Shown: positions 12,791 to 22,850 of the stretch, in pieces
How positions within the stretch are numbered: position 1 is the stretch's first letter
Layout: every line of letters starts with the position of its first letter
Source: Macrostomum lignano
Lineage: Eukaryota
Length of the DNA stretch: 64,000 nt
Direction of reading: 5' to 3'
Assembly: GCA_002269645.1 (NCBI GenBank)
Contig: NIVC01002977.1
Coordinates: 1 to 64,000, forward strand
Made by a program: the position numbers and the translations under genes
The notes under the pieces: generated by a model
Database searches by the model: none
The model's input: the letters and a program-made list of their open reading frames with translations, nothing else
What the model was told of the DNA's origin: nothing

Positions 12791-13204
12791 AAGATGAAGA
12801 AGGGGGAGCTGCGCGATGAACGGCGCGCGTAATGCGGGCCAGAAGTTTAATGAGTATTCTGTAGACAGGCAAGCCGTCGGTGCAGACCAGCAAGCGCCAA
12901 CAAAAGGGCACAAAATATGACGACAAAAAGTAAAATCATTCCAACCTGGAGTTGAAATCGAAAATTACCAACTGCGCATCGGGATGTGTTTTGAATTTTG
13001 TGCGCAGAAAAACAAACTGAGGCCACGGGAACTCCGCTGTGTGCTGCGAATGGGGACTGCAATTTTCATTCGTAGGGCATTTTGTTGCCATTTGCTGCTC
13101 GAATTCGTATCGAAGTGAGACTGACCGATTGAGACCGTTTCGGATTGCTCAATGGAATTTAGCTCACTGCCTGCGCTCTGGCTTATCATTGTGCACTTTA
13201 ATAG

Positions 13205-13745
13205 TCTGCTGGCAGTTTGTGTATGTGTATTCAGAACTTGGCAGTTTCGACTGGCAGTTTGTGCAACCGAAACTGGCAGTTTGTGCAATCGAAACTGGCA
13301 GTTTGTGCAATCGAAACTGGCAGTTTGTGCAATCGAAACTGGCAGTTTGTGCAATCGAAACTGGCAGTTTGTGCAATCGAAACTGGCAGTTTGTGCAATC
13401 GAAACTGGCAGTTTGTGCAATCGAAACTGGCAGTTTGTGCAATCGAAACTGGCAGTTTGTGCAATCGAAACTGGCAGTTTGTGCAATCGAAACTGGCAGT
13501 TTGTGCAATCGAAACTGGCAGTTTGTGCAATCGAAACTGGCAGTTTGTGCAATCGAAACTGGCAGTTTGTGCAATCGAAACTGGCAGTTTGTGCAATCGA
13601 AACTGGCAGTTTGTGCAATCGAAACTGGCAGTTTGTGCAATCGAAACTGGCAGTTTGTGCAATCGAAACAGGCAGTTTGTGCAATCGAAACTGGCAGTTT
13701 GTGCAATCGAAACTGGCAGTTTGTGCAATCGAAACTGGCAGTGAG
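13205..13745. repeat. 22-bp minisatellite (AAACTGGCAGTTTGTGCAATCG)
   Basis: About 24 near-perfect copies immediately upstream of a coding exon; each unit contains an AAACTG-G-CAGTTT inverted repeat. Confidence 0.95.
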
Positions 13746-13773
13746 ACCCACCCCGCCTGCTCCATCGTTGCAG

Positions 13774-14844
13774 CCAGCCTTCCGACGGCTTCATCATTCC
13801 CCAGGCGGGACGCCATGGAGAGCAACTTCAACTTTCCGGAGTTCAGCTCCGGCTGTGCCGCAGGGAGTCGCGCAGTGCAACGCTGGGTGGCACTCGAGAA
13901 GGCGCGCATCCAGTTTGAGCGCCAGCGCGGCGCCGGCACCCTCAACAGAGCGCCCGTGCTGCTGGACGCCAACAAGTGCGCCATTCTCCGACACGGCGGG
14001 CCGCGGCTGCCCCTGGACGTCATGGTGGACAGCCGCTACTATGCGGCACGCTGGTTCTTCGGCCAGTCGGCGGTGAGTGAGGCGGTGATGGGGCTGAGAC
14101 TGTGCGGTCATGGGGCTGAGACAGTGCGGTCATGGGGCTGAGACAGTGCGGTCATGGGGCTGAGACAGTGCGGTCATGGGGCTGAGACTGTGTGGTCATA
14201 GGGCTGAGACTGTGCGGTCATGGGGCTGAGACTGTGCGGTCATGGGGCTGAGACTGTGCGGTCATGGGGCTGAGACTGTGTGGTCATGGGGCTGAGACTG
14301 TGCGGTCATGAGGCTGAGACTGTGCGGTCATGGGGCTGAGACTGTGAGATCATGGGGCTGAGACTGTCGGTCATGGGCCTGAGACTGTGAGTTCGTGAGG
14401 TTCACAAAGGATTGCAACTTAGCAACCCAGCCGTCTGCCTTCCCAGGCCGCCAGGCCAGTCGCGAAGAAGTCCTGGACGCCCTGGCGGCCGAGCTGTGGT
14501 CGAACCTGATGCCCAGCAAGTTCCGCAGCGCCTACGGCCAGAGCCAGATGCTGATGGTGCGGCACCTGCTGGCCAGGAGCAACTGGTACCGCACCTACGA
14601 GACTGGCGACAAGTTCGCGCACGACCTGTACCTGTTCTACCACCGCAGCTGGCGCAGGGAGTTCCTGCCCGCCATCCTGCGCGACGAAAACGAAGACGGC
14701 TGCCTGACGCTGGAGGAGTTCGCCCGGTCCGTCTGCGTGCAGCGGCGCTACATGGAGCGGGCGCTGGCCAGCTCGGGCGGGCAGACCCGCGCGCTGCGCC
14801 GGGTGGTGCTCAGGCTGAGGCGCTTCCAGCAGCGCCTGGCGTAG
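13774..14844 (+). CDS. Uncharacterised protein with one EF-hand-like loop (last two exons; 5' end not resolved)
   Basis: Exon ~13774 (or 13805)-14072 (donor GTGAGT) joins in phase 0 to exon 14455-14844 (TAG). GC-rich coding-like sequence; DENEDGCLTLEEF fits the 12-residue EF-hand loop; AATAAA at ~15276. Confidence 0.65.
14078..14390. repeat. 22-bp intronic minisatellite (CATGGGGCTGAGACTGTGCGGT)
   Basis: Fills intron 14073-14454. Confidence 0.9.
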
Positions 14845-14861
14845 GAGGGGCGCGGGAGTGG

Positions 14862-15225
14862 CATGCCTGGTGGAGTGGGGTGCTGGAAGGGTGGGTGTCT
14901 GGTGGAGTGGGGCGCTGGAAGAGTGGGTGTCTGGTGGAGTGGGGCGCTGGAAGGGTGGGTGTCTGGTGGAGTGGGGCGCTGGAAGGGTGGGTGTCTGGTG
15001 GAGTGGGGTGCTGGAAGGGTGGGTGTCTGGTGGAGTGGGGTGCTGGAAGGGTGGGTGTCTGGTGGAGTGGGGCGCTGAAAGGTTGGGGTGTCTGGTGGAG
15101 TGGGGTGATGGAAGGGTGGGTGTCTGGTGGAGTGGGGCGCTGAAAGGTTGGGGTGTCTGGTGGAGTGGGACGCTGGGGTGCCTAGTGGAGTGGGGGTGGG
15201 GAGGGTGGTGTCTGGTGGAGTGCAG
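14862..15225. repeat. 32-bp G-rich minisatellite after the stop codon (GGGTGGGTGTCTGGTGGAGTGGGGCGCTGGAA)
   Basis: Begins about 20 bp after the TAG at 14844. Confidence 0.9.
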
Positions 15226-15610
15226 TGAACTTGAAGTGGCATTTTTTCATCGGACGAGCTGTGAGCAAATTTGCCAATAAAAAGTTTTTACCTGAACTCA
15301 ATTGTTTTTTTGCAAATGACTACTGATAAACTGCAGCGTTATAGTAGTGCATTGAGCATAAGCTTTGCTTAATTAAATTTGCTGCCTTTGGACTGGAGCA
15401 TCAGTAGGCATGTATGATAATAACTGATTATTTTGATTATTCAGCCAAAACCAAAAGTTTTACTTTGTAGTCCAGTAAAACTTAAACTGCTGACTCGGGG
15501 TGTCAGCAGCACAGTAGTCTATGGCCCCATTGGTGCGGCAATTTTTTTAAGACTCGTCCGCGCCCAATTCCACAAGAGCAAGGATTTCTGGCCGCAAGCA
15601 GCAGACTGGA

Positions 15611-15766
15611 ATGAAATTCTCGCCGCAAGCGGAGTCGCAGGACCTGGAGTTCTGCCTGCTGGCCTTCAACACCATCTCGCTGGTGATGCTGCTGTTCTTC
15701 ATGTTCTATTACCGAGTGCGGGTCAGCCGCCTGCAGCAGCAGCTGCTGGGAGCCGACAATGCTTAG
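15611..15766 (+). CDS. Candidate 51-aa single-pass membrane microprotein
   Basis: MKFSPQAESQDLEFCLLAFNTISLVMLLFFMFYYRVRVSRLQQQLLGADNA*; C/G-ending codons as in neighbouring genes; hydrophobic stretch followed by basic residues; AATAAA at ~15822. Not in the supplied ORF track. Confidence 0.55.
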   Translation: MKFSPQAESQDLEFCLLAFNTISLVMLLFFMFYYRVRVSRLQQQLLGADNA

Positions 15767-16054
15767 CAACTCGACTCTGCTGACCGAGCAGCGAAATCTG
15801 TTTGATGACTGTTCGAATTCAAATAAATGAGACGGGAGTTCTGGCGAGTTTGAATTGCCTCCTTAAAATAAGCAAAATGCAAGCTTAAACTTGTATATTT
15901 TGCCTCTAATGTATAATAATAAGTTGATAAATCACTTCATATCACATGTAAATTTAGGCAATGCACTTTTATAAAATTCACAGCTTTGTACTTGGAATCG
16001 CAGAGCTTGAATTTGGAATTGCAAAACTTAAGCCATGAAAGGTGTTGACGGGTG

Positions 16055-16490
16055 AAGCAGCTCAGCACTGAGCAGTCACAGCAGGTAGGGGATCTGAGGG
16101 CAAGCTCAGCACTGAGCAGTCACAGCAGGTAGGGGATCTGAGGCAGCTCAGCACTGAGCAGTCACAGCAGGTAGGGGATCTGAGGGCAGCTCAGCACTGA
16201 GCAGTCACAGCAGGTAGGGGATCTGAGGGCAGCTCAGCACTGAGCAGTCACAGCAGGTAGGGGATCTGAGGGCAGCTCAGCACTGAGCAGTCACAGCAGG
16301 TAGGGGATCTGAGGGCAGCTCAGCACTGAGCAGTCACAGCAGGTAGGGGATCTGAGGGCAGCTCAGCACTGAGCAGTCACAGCAGGTAGGGGATCTGAGG
16401 GCAAGCTCAGCACTGAGCAGTCACAGCAGGTAGGGGATCTGAGGCAGCTCAGCACTGAGCAGTCACACGTCACAGCAGGTAGGGGAAGTC
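16055..16490. repeat. ~43-bp minisatellite containing the fucosyltransferase C-terminal codons and stop
   Basis: Minus-strand unit CCCCTACCTGCTGTGACTGCTCAGTGCTGAGCTGCCCTCAGAT; its first 16 nt equal the gene end (PYLL*). Confidence 0.9.
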
Positions 16491-17303
16491 CGCAGGCCGG
16501 CAGTTGGCGGCCACATCAGAGAAGTCGTTCAGGTCGGCCACAGACCTGGCGGAGTCGGTGTGCAGCTTGCGGCAGATGGCGCACAGCATGGCAGAGCTGG
16601 GAGAGGCTCTGTAGTGCCGTTTCCAGTCGAAGTAGCGGGAGTAGCGGGCCTCATCAGCGGCCAGCTCGGTGAGGTGGTCAGCCAGCTGCTTCATGCTGGC
16701 GAAGTCCAGGGCGAACACGAATGAGCGCGGCGGGCTGACCGCCTCGTACTCAGCTCGGGACAGGCCGCCGAACACGACTGGCACGGCGATGGACTGCAGG
16801 CCGTTGGCGTGCAGCTTCTCCGTGATGTAGTCGCGGCAGAACGCGTTCTCGAAGCTCAGGTAGAAGCGGTACAGCTCCGACAGCTGCCTGAACGCTGTGG
16901 CATTCTTTGCCAGCCGCCTGTCGCCGCAGTCGCCGTACACGTGCACCTCCATGTACTTCTGCAGCTCACGCACTTTCGCTGTCCGATTGTTGAACGAATG
17001 CTTGCAGTTGGAGAAGGCGATGAAGGCCAGATGCTTCTTCTTGCTGACGGAGTACAGCTGCTCGGCCGGGGCCAGCGGGCTGCGCCTGCGCTCCCAGACT
17101 CCGTAGGCCAGCGGGATGGAGCTGCTCCGCAGGGTGGTGGCCGTCCAGTTGAACAGGAAGCGGAACTTCGGGTCGGCCGCCACGTTGTAGCCGTAGCGCC
17201 GGGTGGCCAGCGGCGACTCCATGTTGACGTAGACCCAGAACTGCTGCGGACTGCGGCCCAGCGACAGCCGCGGCTGCAGATCGCGGCCGTGGAACAGCAC
17301 AGC
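16470..17303 (-). CDS. Alpha-1,3-fucosyltransferase (GT10), catalytic domain; N-terminal/TM exon absent
   Basis: AVLFHGRDL..QFWVYVNMESP, FNWTATTLRSSSIPLAYG, SNC, alpha-1,3 motif YRFYLSFENAFCRDYITEKL, VPVVFGG, FVFALDF, YSRYFDWK. The 5' end runs into a 15-bp array with no AG acceptor. Confidence 0.9.
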   Translation of the reverse strand, partial: AVLFHGRDLQPRLSLGRSPQQFWVYVNMESPLATRRYGYNVAADPKFRFLFNWTATTLRSSSIPLAYGVWERRRSPLAPAEQLYSVSKKKHLAFIAFSNCKHSFNNRTAKVRELQKYMEVHVYGDCGDRRLAKNATAFRQLSELYRFYLSFENAFCRDYITEKLHANGLQSIAVPVVFGGLSRAEYEAVSPPRSFVFALDFASMKQLADHLTELAADEARYSRYFDWKRHYRASPSSAMLCAICRKLHTDSARSVADLNDFSDVAANCRPADFPYLL

Positions 17304-17309
17304 ACAGCA

Positions 17310-17680
17310 CAATGCATGTTGTGTGAATGCATGTTGTGTGAATGCATGTTGTGTGAACGCATGTTGTGTGAATGCAAGGTTGTACGATTGTACTACTGTA
17401 TGTTGTGTGAATGCATGTTGTGTGAATGCATGTTGTGTGAATGCATGTTGTGTGTATGCATGTTGTGTGAATGCATGTTGTGTGAATGCATGTTGTGTGA
17501 ATGCATGTTGTGTGAATGCAAGGTTGTACGATTGTACGAATGCATGTTGTGTAAATTTGAGGCTGTGTGAATACGGGCTAAGGGAATGCAGGCTGAGTAT
17601 ATTTTTAAGTGTGAATGTGTGAGTCCAGGTTATGATTGCCAGTTGTGTGAATGCATGTTGTGTGAATGCATGTTGCGTGA
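17310..17680. repeat. 15-bp minisatellite (AATGCATGTTGTGTG)
   Basis: Lies between the truncated fucosyltransferase and the SAMHD1-like paralog 1. Confidence 0.9.
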
Positions 17681-17749
17681 ATCGAAGTCGCTGCTCTGCT
17701 GACTCCAAGCGCTGAGCAGTTTAGTTCTGCCACCTGCCGCTGCCCGCAG

Positions 17750-20551
17750 CACCTACCACCTGGCCTGGGAGCTGGGCAAGAAGCTGCGCAGCTGCCTGTC
17801 CGAGTCGGAGTTCTCGGACAGCGAGGCGCTGTGCGCGGCCATCGCGGGACTCTGCCACGACCTCGGCCACGGCCCGTTCTCCCACCTGTGGGAGTCGCTG
17901 CTGAAGTCCTGCGGCATCGACTATCACCATGAGGCGATGAGCGTGCAGGTGTTCCAGTCCATTGTGACCGACATCGCCAGCAGGCAGGACCAGGAGTCCA
18001 TGGAATTCTCTGCGTTCATGGACCGCTGCTGGAGGCCCAACTGGACCCACAAGCAGCTGGTCTGCGACCTCATCCGGGGCGGACCGGGTGGCGACTCCGA
18101 GCGAATCCCACCCGAGAAGCAATTCCTGTTCGAGGTTGGTGACCCATGATGGCCGATCCATGGACGACTAAAAGTAGAAGGACCCCACACTCGCTGTCAG
18201 CGAGCTGAAAGTGGAATCGAACCCGGGCTGGACTCCACCCATTAGCCAGGCTGAACAGAACTTCCACTCCTGTGCTTTCGCATGGCGGCATTTCTTTGCC
18301 CGCCATGCGAGCTTTTTGCGTCACACTCTAAACTTTCTACTTATCAGTAGACGAACTTTGACGGCCGGTTAATCGCAGCAAAATGCATTAGCTAGATAGG
18401 AGTTTTCAGTTTGTTAGCACTAAATCAGCTCAGGTGGTCAGCTCAGGTGATCAGCTCAGGTGGTCAGCTCAGGTGGTCAGCTCAGGTGATCAGCTCAGGT
18501 GATCAGCTCAGGTGATCAGCTCAGGTGGTCAGCTCAGGTGGTCAGCTTGGGTGATCAGCTCAGGTGGTCAGCTCAGGTGATCAGCTCAGGTGATCAGCTC
18601 AGGAGATCAGCTCTGTCTCGGTCAGACACCAACTGGCATTTCTGAAACCGCAGGTCGTTAACAACAAGCGCACGGGCTACGACGTGGACAAGCTGGACTA
18701 CATGAACCGGGACGCGCTCAGCCTGGGGCTGCCCAACCGCTTCGATGCGACTCGGCAGCTGTCGCTGTTGCGGGTGCTGCCCTGCCCCGGCAACCGCAAG
18801 CTGCTGGTCCTGAGGGACAAACAGGTGCTGGACTACATCAACCTGTTGATCTCGCGGAGGATGCAGCACTACCTGGCCTACCAGCACGTGAAGTCGGTAG
18901 CCTTTGAGAAAGTGTAAGAATTATGCCGTCCCCTGTCACAGGGATTTCCCTGTGATCGCCAATTTTCAGTCTGCTCTACTAGCAGTAGCAATATTAGAAA
19001 TTCGCATGTATAAAAATCGCTAACGATAAGCTTTTATTGAGTACAGCAGAAATACAGGACAATAGACTCAGGTCACCTCACCCCCTTGCAGCCTGCAGGA
19101 CGCGCTGTCAGCCGCCCGACGCCACCTGCAGGCGCACCGTGACGACCCGGATGTCAACCGCTTGGCCATCCGCTACCTACTGGACGAGCCGGAGTCGCTG
19201 GAGTCGCTGCTGTGGCTCACCGACGACCGCCTCGTCGAGCTGCTCAAGCAGAGCTGCGGTCCGGAGGCTGCGCGCTTGATGAAGCAGCTGGAGGAGCGCC
19301 GGAAGTACTGCCACCTGGCCAGCGTGAGGGTGGCGCTGCACTCCACGGCCGATGACGAGGCCACGGCTGTCTACAAGAACCAGCTGGAGGCTGTCAAGAA
19401 GGCGGTGACCCACTGGAACGCCTCGCGGAGCCGCAGCATCGCCGAGCTGCGCAAGTTCGACTACGGCTGCGGGCCGCAGCACCCGCTCGACGGCGTCTTC
19501 TGCTACTCGAAGAACGGCGAGGTCAGGCAGTGCAACGGCGACGGCGATTCGGAGAGCTTGTTGGTGAGCTGGGAGTTGAGCTTGTTGGTGCATGAGCTGG
19601 GAGTTGAGCTTGTTGGTGAGCTGGGAGTTGAGCTTGTTGGTGAGCTGGGAGTTGAGCTTGTTGGTGAGCTGGGAGTTGAGCTTGTTGGTGCATGAGCTGG
19701 GAGTTGAGCTTGTTGGTGAGCTGGGAGTTGAGCTTGTTGGTGCATGAGCTGGGAGTTGAGCTTGTTGGTGAGCTGGGAGTTGAGCTTGTTGGTGAGCTGG
19801 GAGTTGAGCTTGTTGGTGAGCTGGGAGTTGAGCTTGTTGGTGCATGAGCTGGGAGTTGAGCTTGTTGGTGAGCTGGGAGTTGAGCTTGTTGGTGAGCTGG
19901 GAGTTGAGCTTGTTGGTGAGCTGGGAGTTGAGCTTGTTGGTGAGCTGGGAGTTGAGCTTGTTGGTGAGCTGGGAGTTGAGCTTGTTGGTGAGCTGGGAGT
20001 TGAGCTTGTTGGTGCATGAGCTGGGAGTTGAGCTTGTTGGTGAGCTGGGAGTTGAGCTTGTTGGTGCATGAGCTGGGAGTTGAGCTTGTTGGTGAGCTGG
20101 GAGTTGAGCTTGTTGGTGCATGAGCTGGGAGTTGAGCTTGTTGGTGAGCTGGGAGTTGAGCTTGTTGGTGAGCTGGGAGTTGAGCTTGTTGGTGCATGAG
20201 CTGGGAGTTGAGCTTGTTGGTGAGCTGGGAGTTGAGCTTGTTGGTGAGCTGGGAGTTGAGCTTGTTGGTGAGCTGGGAGTTGAGCTAGTATTGGCAAGGC
20301 AAGTTAAGACAAGTCTAGGCACCGACTGCTACTTACAGTAGTGAAGAGTGGTGTCGTGATGAACTTTGTGTCCCTCCCAGTTCGCGGACCTGCAGCTGGC
20401 GGCGTTGCACATCACGGTGGTTCGGCTGTACGAGCGGACGGCCGGAGAGCCTCCGGCCGATGCGGCGGCCGTCAAGGAGTTCCGGCGCCGGGAGGTCGCT
20501 GACTTCCGCGAGAAGATGAGCGCCTGTGGGTTCAAGCCGACTGCTGAGTAA
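17750..20551 (+). CDS. SAMHD1: SAMHD1-like HD-domain dNTP triphosphohydrolase, paralog 1 (first two exons missing from window)
   Basis: Exons 17750-18134, 18654-18913, 19092-19563, 20381-20551 with consistent phases. Motifs [44 protein letters not shown]. The DPIHG..RFEH exon is not found upstream. Confidence 0.9.
18422..18612. repeat. 13-bp intronic repeat (GATCAGCTCAGGT)
   Basis: Inside intron 18135-18653. Confidence 0.9.
19554..20285. repeat. 24-bp minisatellite spanning an exon/5'-splice-site junction (GAGCTTGTTG|GTGAGCTGGGAGTT)
   Basis: The first copy is the real exon end plus the donor at 19564; a 28-bp variant has GTGCAT. Confidence 0.95.
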
Positions 20552-20554
20552 CGC

Positions 20555-20732
20555 TGTTAGTGAGGCTGTTAGCTGTCACTGAGGCTGTAAGTGAGGCTGT
20601 CAGTGAGGCTGTTAGTGAAGCTGTCACTGAGGCTGTAAGTGAGGCTGTTATAGTGAAGCTGTCAGTGAGCTGTTAGTGAAGCTGTCAGTGAGGCTGTTAG
20701 TGAGGCTGTAAGTGAGGCTGTTAGTGAGGCTG
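20555..20732. repeat. 12-bp repeat directly after the paralog 1 stop (GTGAGGCTGTTA)
   Basis: Starts within about 10 bp of TAA 20551. Confidence 0.85.
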
Positions 20733-21614
20733 ATGCTTATTTACCCAATTAAAAACCCAAAAACCCAATCAAAAGCCTAAAAAGAATATAGTGGTACACT
20801 AAATAAGTGCTTTCTATTCAATACGCATCTGCTATTCAACTAAATGAAATTCAACTCCGTCTAGAAATGACATGCTAATTAGCAGTATCACTAGTTGCAG
20901 TCATTTTATAGTCCGAATTTGTCTGTTTTATTAGTACTCCGCCTTTTGTTTTCCTCTATTGGCCATCAAAATGTGTCTGCAGTTCTCATTCACTTCCTGT
21001 AATTCCCTTGCTGCTTAAATACAGTGGGGGTCCAGTGAACACAGCGGCACTGTCCCAACGGTACGCTTATTATTCAAGCTAAATATAAATTGATTATTAA
21101 TTATTAAAAATCAATCATTGCTTGCCTCAAAAATCATAGGCACAATCTACCATTGCAACTTGAACTTTTTGTCTTTTGTATTTGCTTTTGGCAGGACTTA
21201 ATATTTTCCTGGCTGCAATACCTCAAGCTTATTTCTAAGAAAATCTGATGTAGCGTCTGCTTCATCTGTCCGTGCATGAGAGTCAGAGACCTGCAGCTGT
21301 CCCGTCACCCACTCCCTAAGTCTGGGGATTCTGGCGACCCGCTCTTTTAGACCCATTGAATTTGTCTTTAATGCAGAAACTTGTCGATTTGCCGGTCTTC
21401 CAGTCACTGCATTGTCAAAAATCTGCCTTTAGGATAATGGATGGCTATTCGCACTGTCTACCGTGTGGTTAAACCAGAAGTACATTCGATTCATTTCTTC
21501 ACTTAAACCTCAGGATAATTATCTCCAACCCGGGACCCTAACCCTGGCCTGTTTGAACTTTGGCCCAAAATACAATAAGCCAAGTCAGTCTTTTCACATC
21601 CCGCTTCAGTGACT

Positions 21615-22080
21615 GAGGAGTGCTAGCCAGAGTGTCTGGGGAGTGCTAGCCAGAGTGACTGGGGTGCTAGCCAGAGTGACTGGGGAGTGCTAGCCAGAGT
21701 GACTGGGGAGTGCTAGCCAGAGTGACTGGGGAGTGCTAGCCAGAGTGCCCGGGGGAGTGCTAGCCAGAGTGACTGGGGGAGTGCTAGCCAGAGTGACTGG
21801 GGGAGTGCTAGCCAGAGAGACTGGGGAGGGCTAGCCAGAGTGCCCGGGGGAGTGCTAGCCAGAGTGACTGGGGGAGTGCTAGCCAGAGTGACTGGGGAGT
21901 GCTAGCCAGAGTGTCTGGGGGAGTGCTAGCCAGGGTGCCCAGGGGAGTGCTAGCCAGAGTGTCTGGGGGAGTGCTAGCCAGAGTGACTGGGGAGTGCTAG
22001 CCAGAGTGCCCAGGGAGTGCTAGCAAGAGTGTCTGGGGGAGTGCTAGCCAGAGTGCCCAGGGGAGTGATAGCCAGAGTGA
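21615..22080. repeat. 24-25-bp minisatellite (GAGTGCTAGCCAGAGTGACTGGGG)
   Basis: Tandem copies between the two SAMHD1-like 3' ends. Confidence 0.9.
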
Positions 22081-22850
22081 CCGGAGCAGATGAAGAGTGA
22101 AGCCTGTACAGCGGCAGCAGGTGTTTGCAGCTGCTCAGCCACTGAAAGCAGCACTTCACAAATCACTCCAGCTAGTGCAGTTAAAAATGACAACACAAAA
22201 ATAAACTCAAAGGCCGAGCTCCGCAGTTGCTATGGCTACTTTGGCTACTCATCAATAATCGAATCGATTGTAGGTTAAAATTGAATTTTCCTGAGCCAAA
22301 AGAATTGCGACAAGTCAATCAAAATTTATTGAATTTCTAAGCTGCTTCCGAATCTAGAAATGAATCTGAAATGTGCTACTTGAAGTAGTGCTATATGCGA
22401 ATCAGCAGTAATAATCAGGACTAAAAATCAAAACAGTTGGAAAATTGAAATCAGTCAAGCAAGCAACAAATACTTTTGTTTCAGAAAAAGTTTTGCAACA
22501 GCTGTGTACAGGAAAACACGAAACAAAAAATGTTGGTAAAACTCAGTAAAACAAATCAAATAAACCAGACGCGAATCCGGGAGCTGGACCCATTCAACAG
22601 CTGAAAGCGGGTTAAAGCAGTGCTAAAAAATGGGATAAACAGGTGCGAAGGCGGAAAAAATGAGCGGAGCAATAAAGCGGCAAGCGGCACCAGAAACTCG
22701 TGTGGCGTCAATTGAAAGCCAGTTTCATTAATAAATATTCAAACAAAGCTAAAAACAGCAATAAAATTTTATAAATTCCCGAAACCCTTGGCACCGAGCC
22801 AACTTAGCAGTGCGTTTTGTTCTGGCGGCCCCGCCCGCACACCGCCAGCT

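Noticed and set aside
13205-13745. CRISPR-like regular repeats (also 3147-3810, 42410-43115)
   Set aside because: Units are contiguous with no unique spacers, there are no cas genes, and the context is eukaryotic.
21198-21450. Minus-strand ORF between the SAMHD1-like genes
   Set aside because: No recognisable motif, codon usage unlike neighbouring genes, and no partner exons identified.
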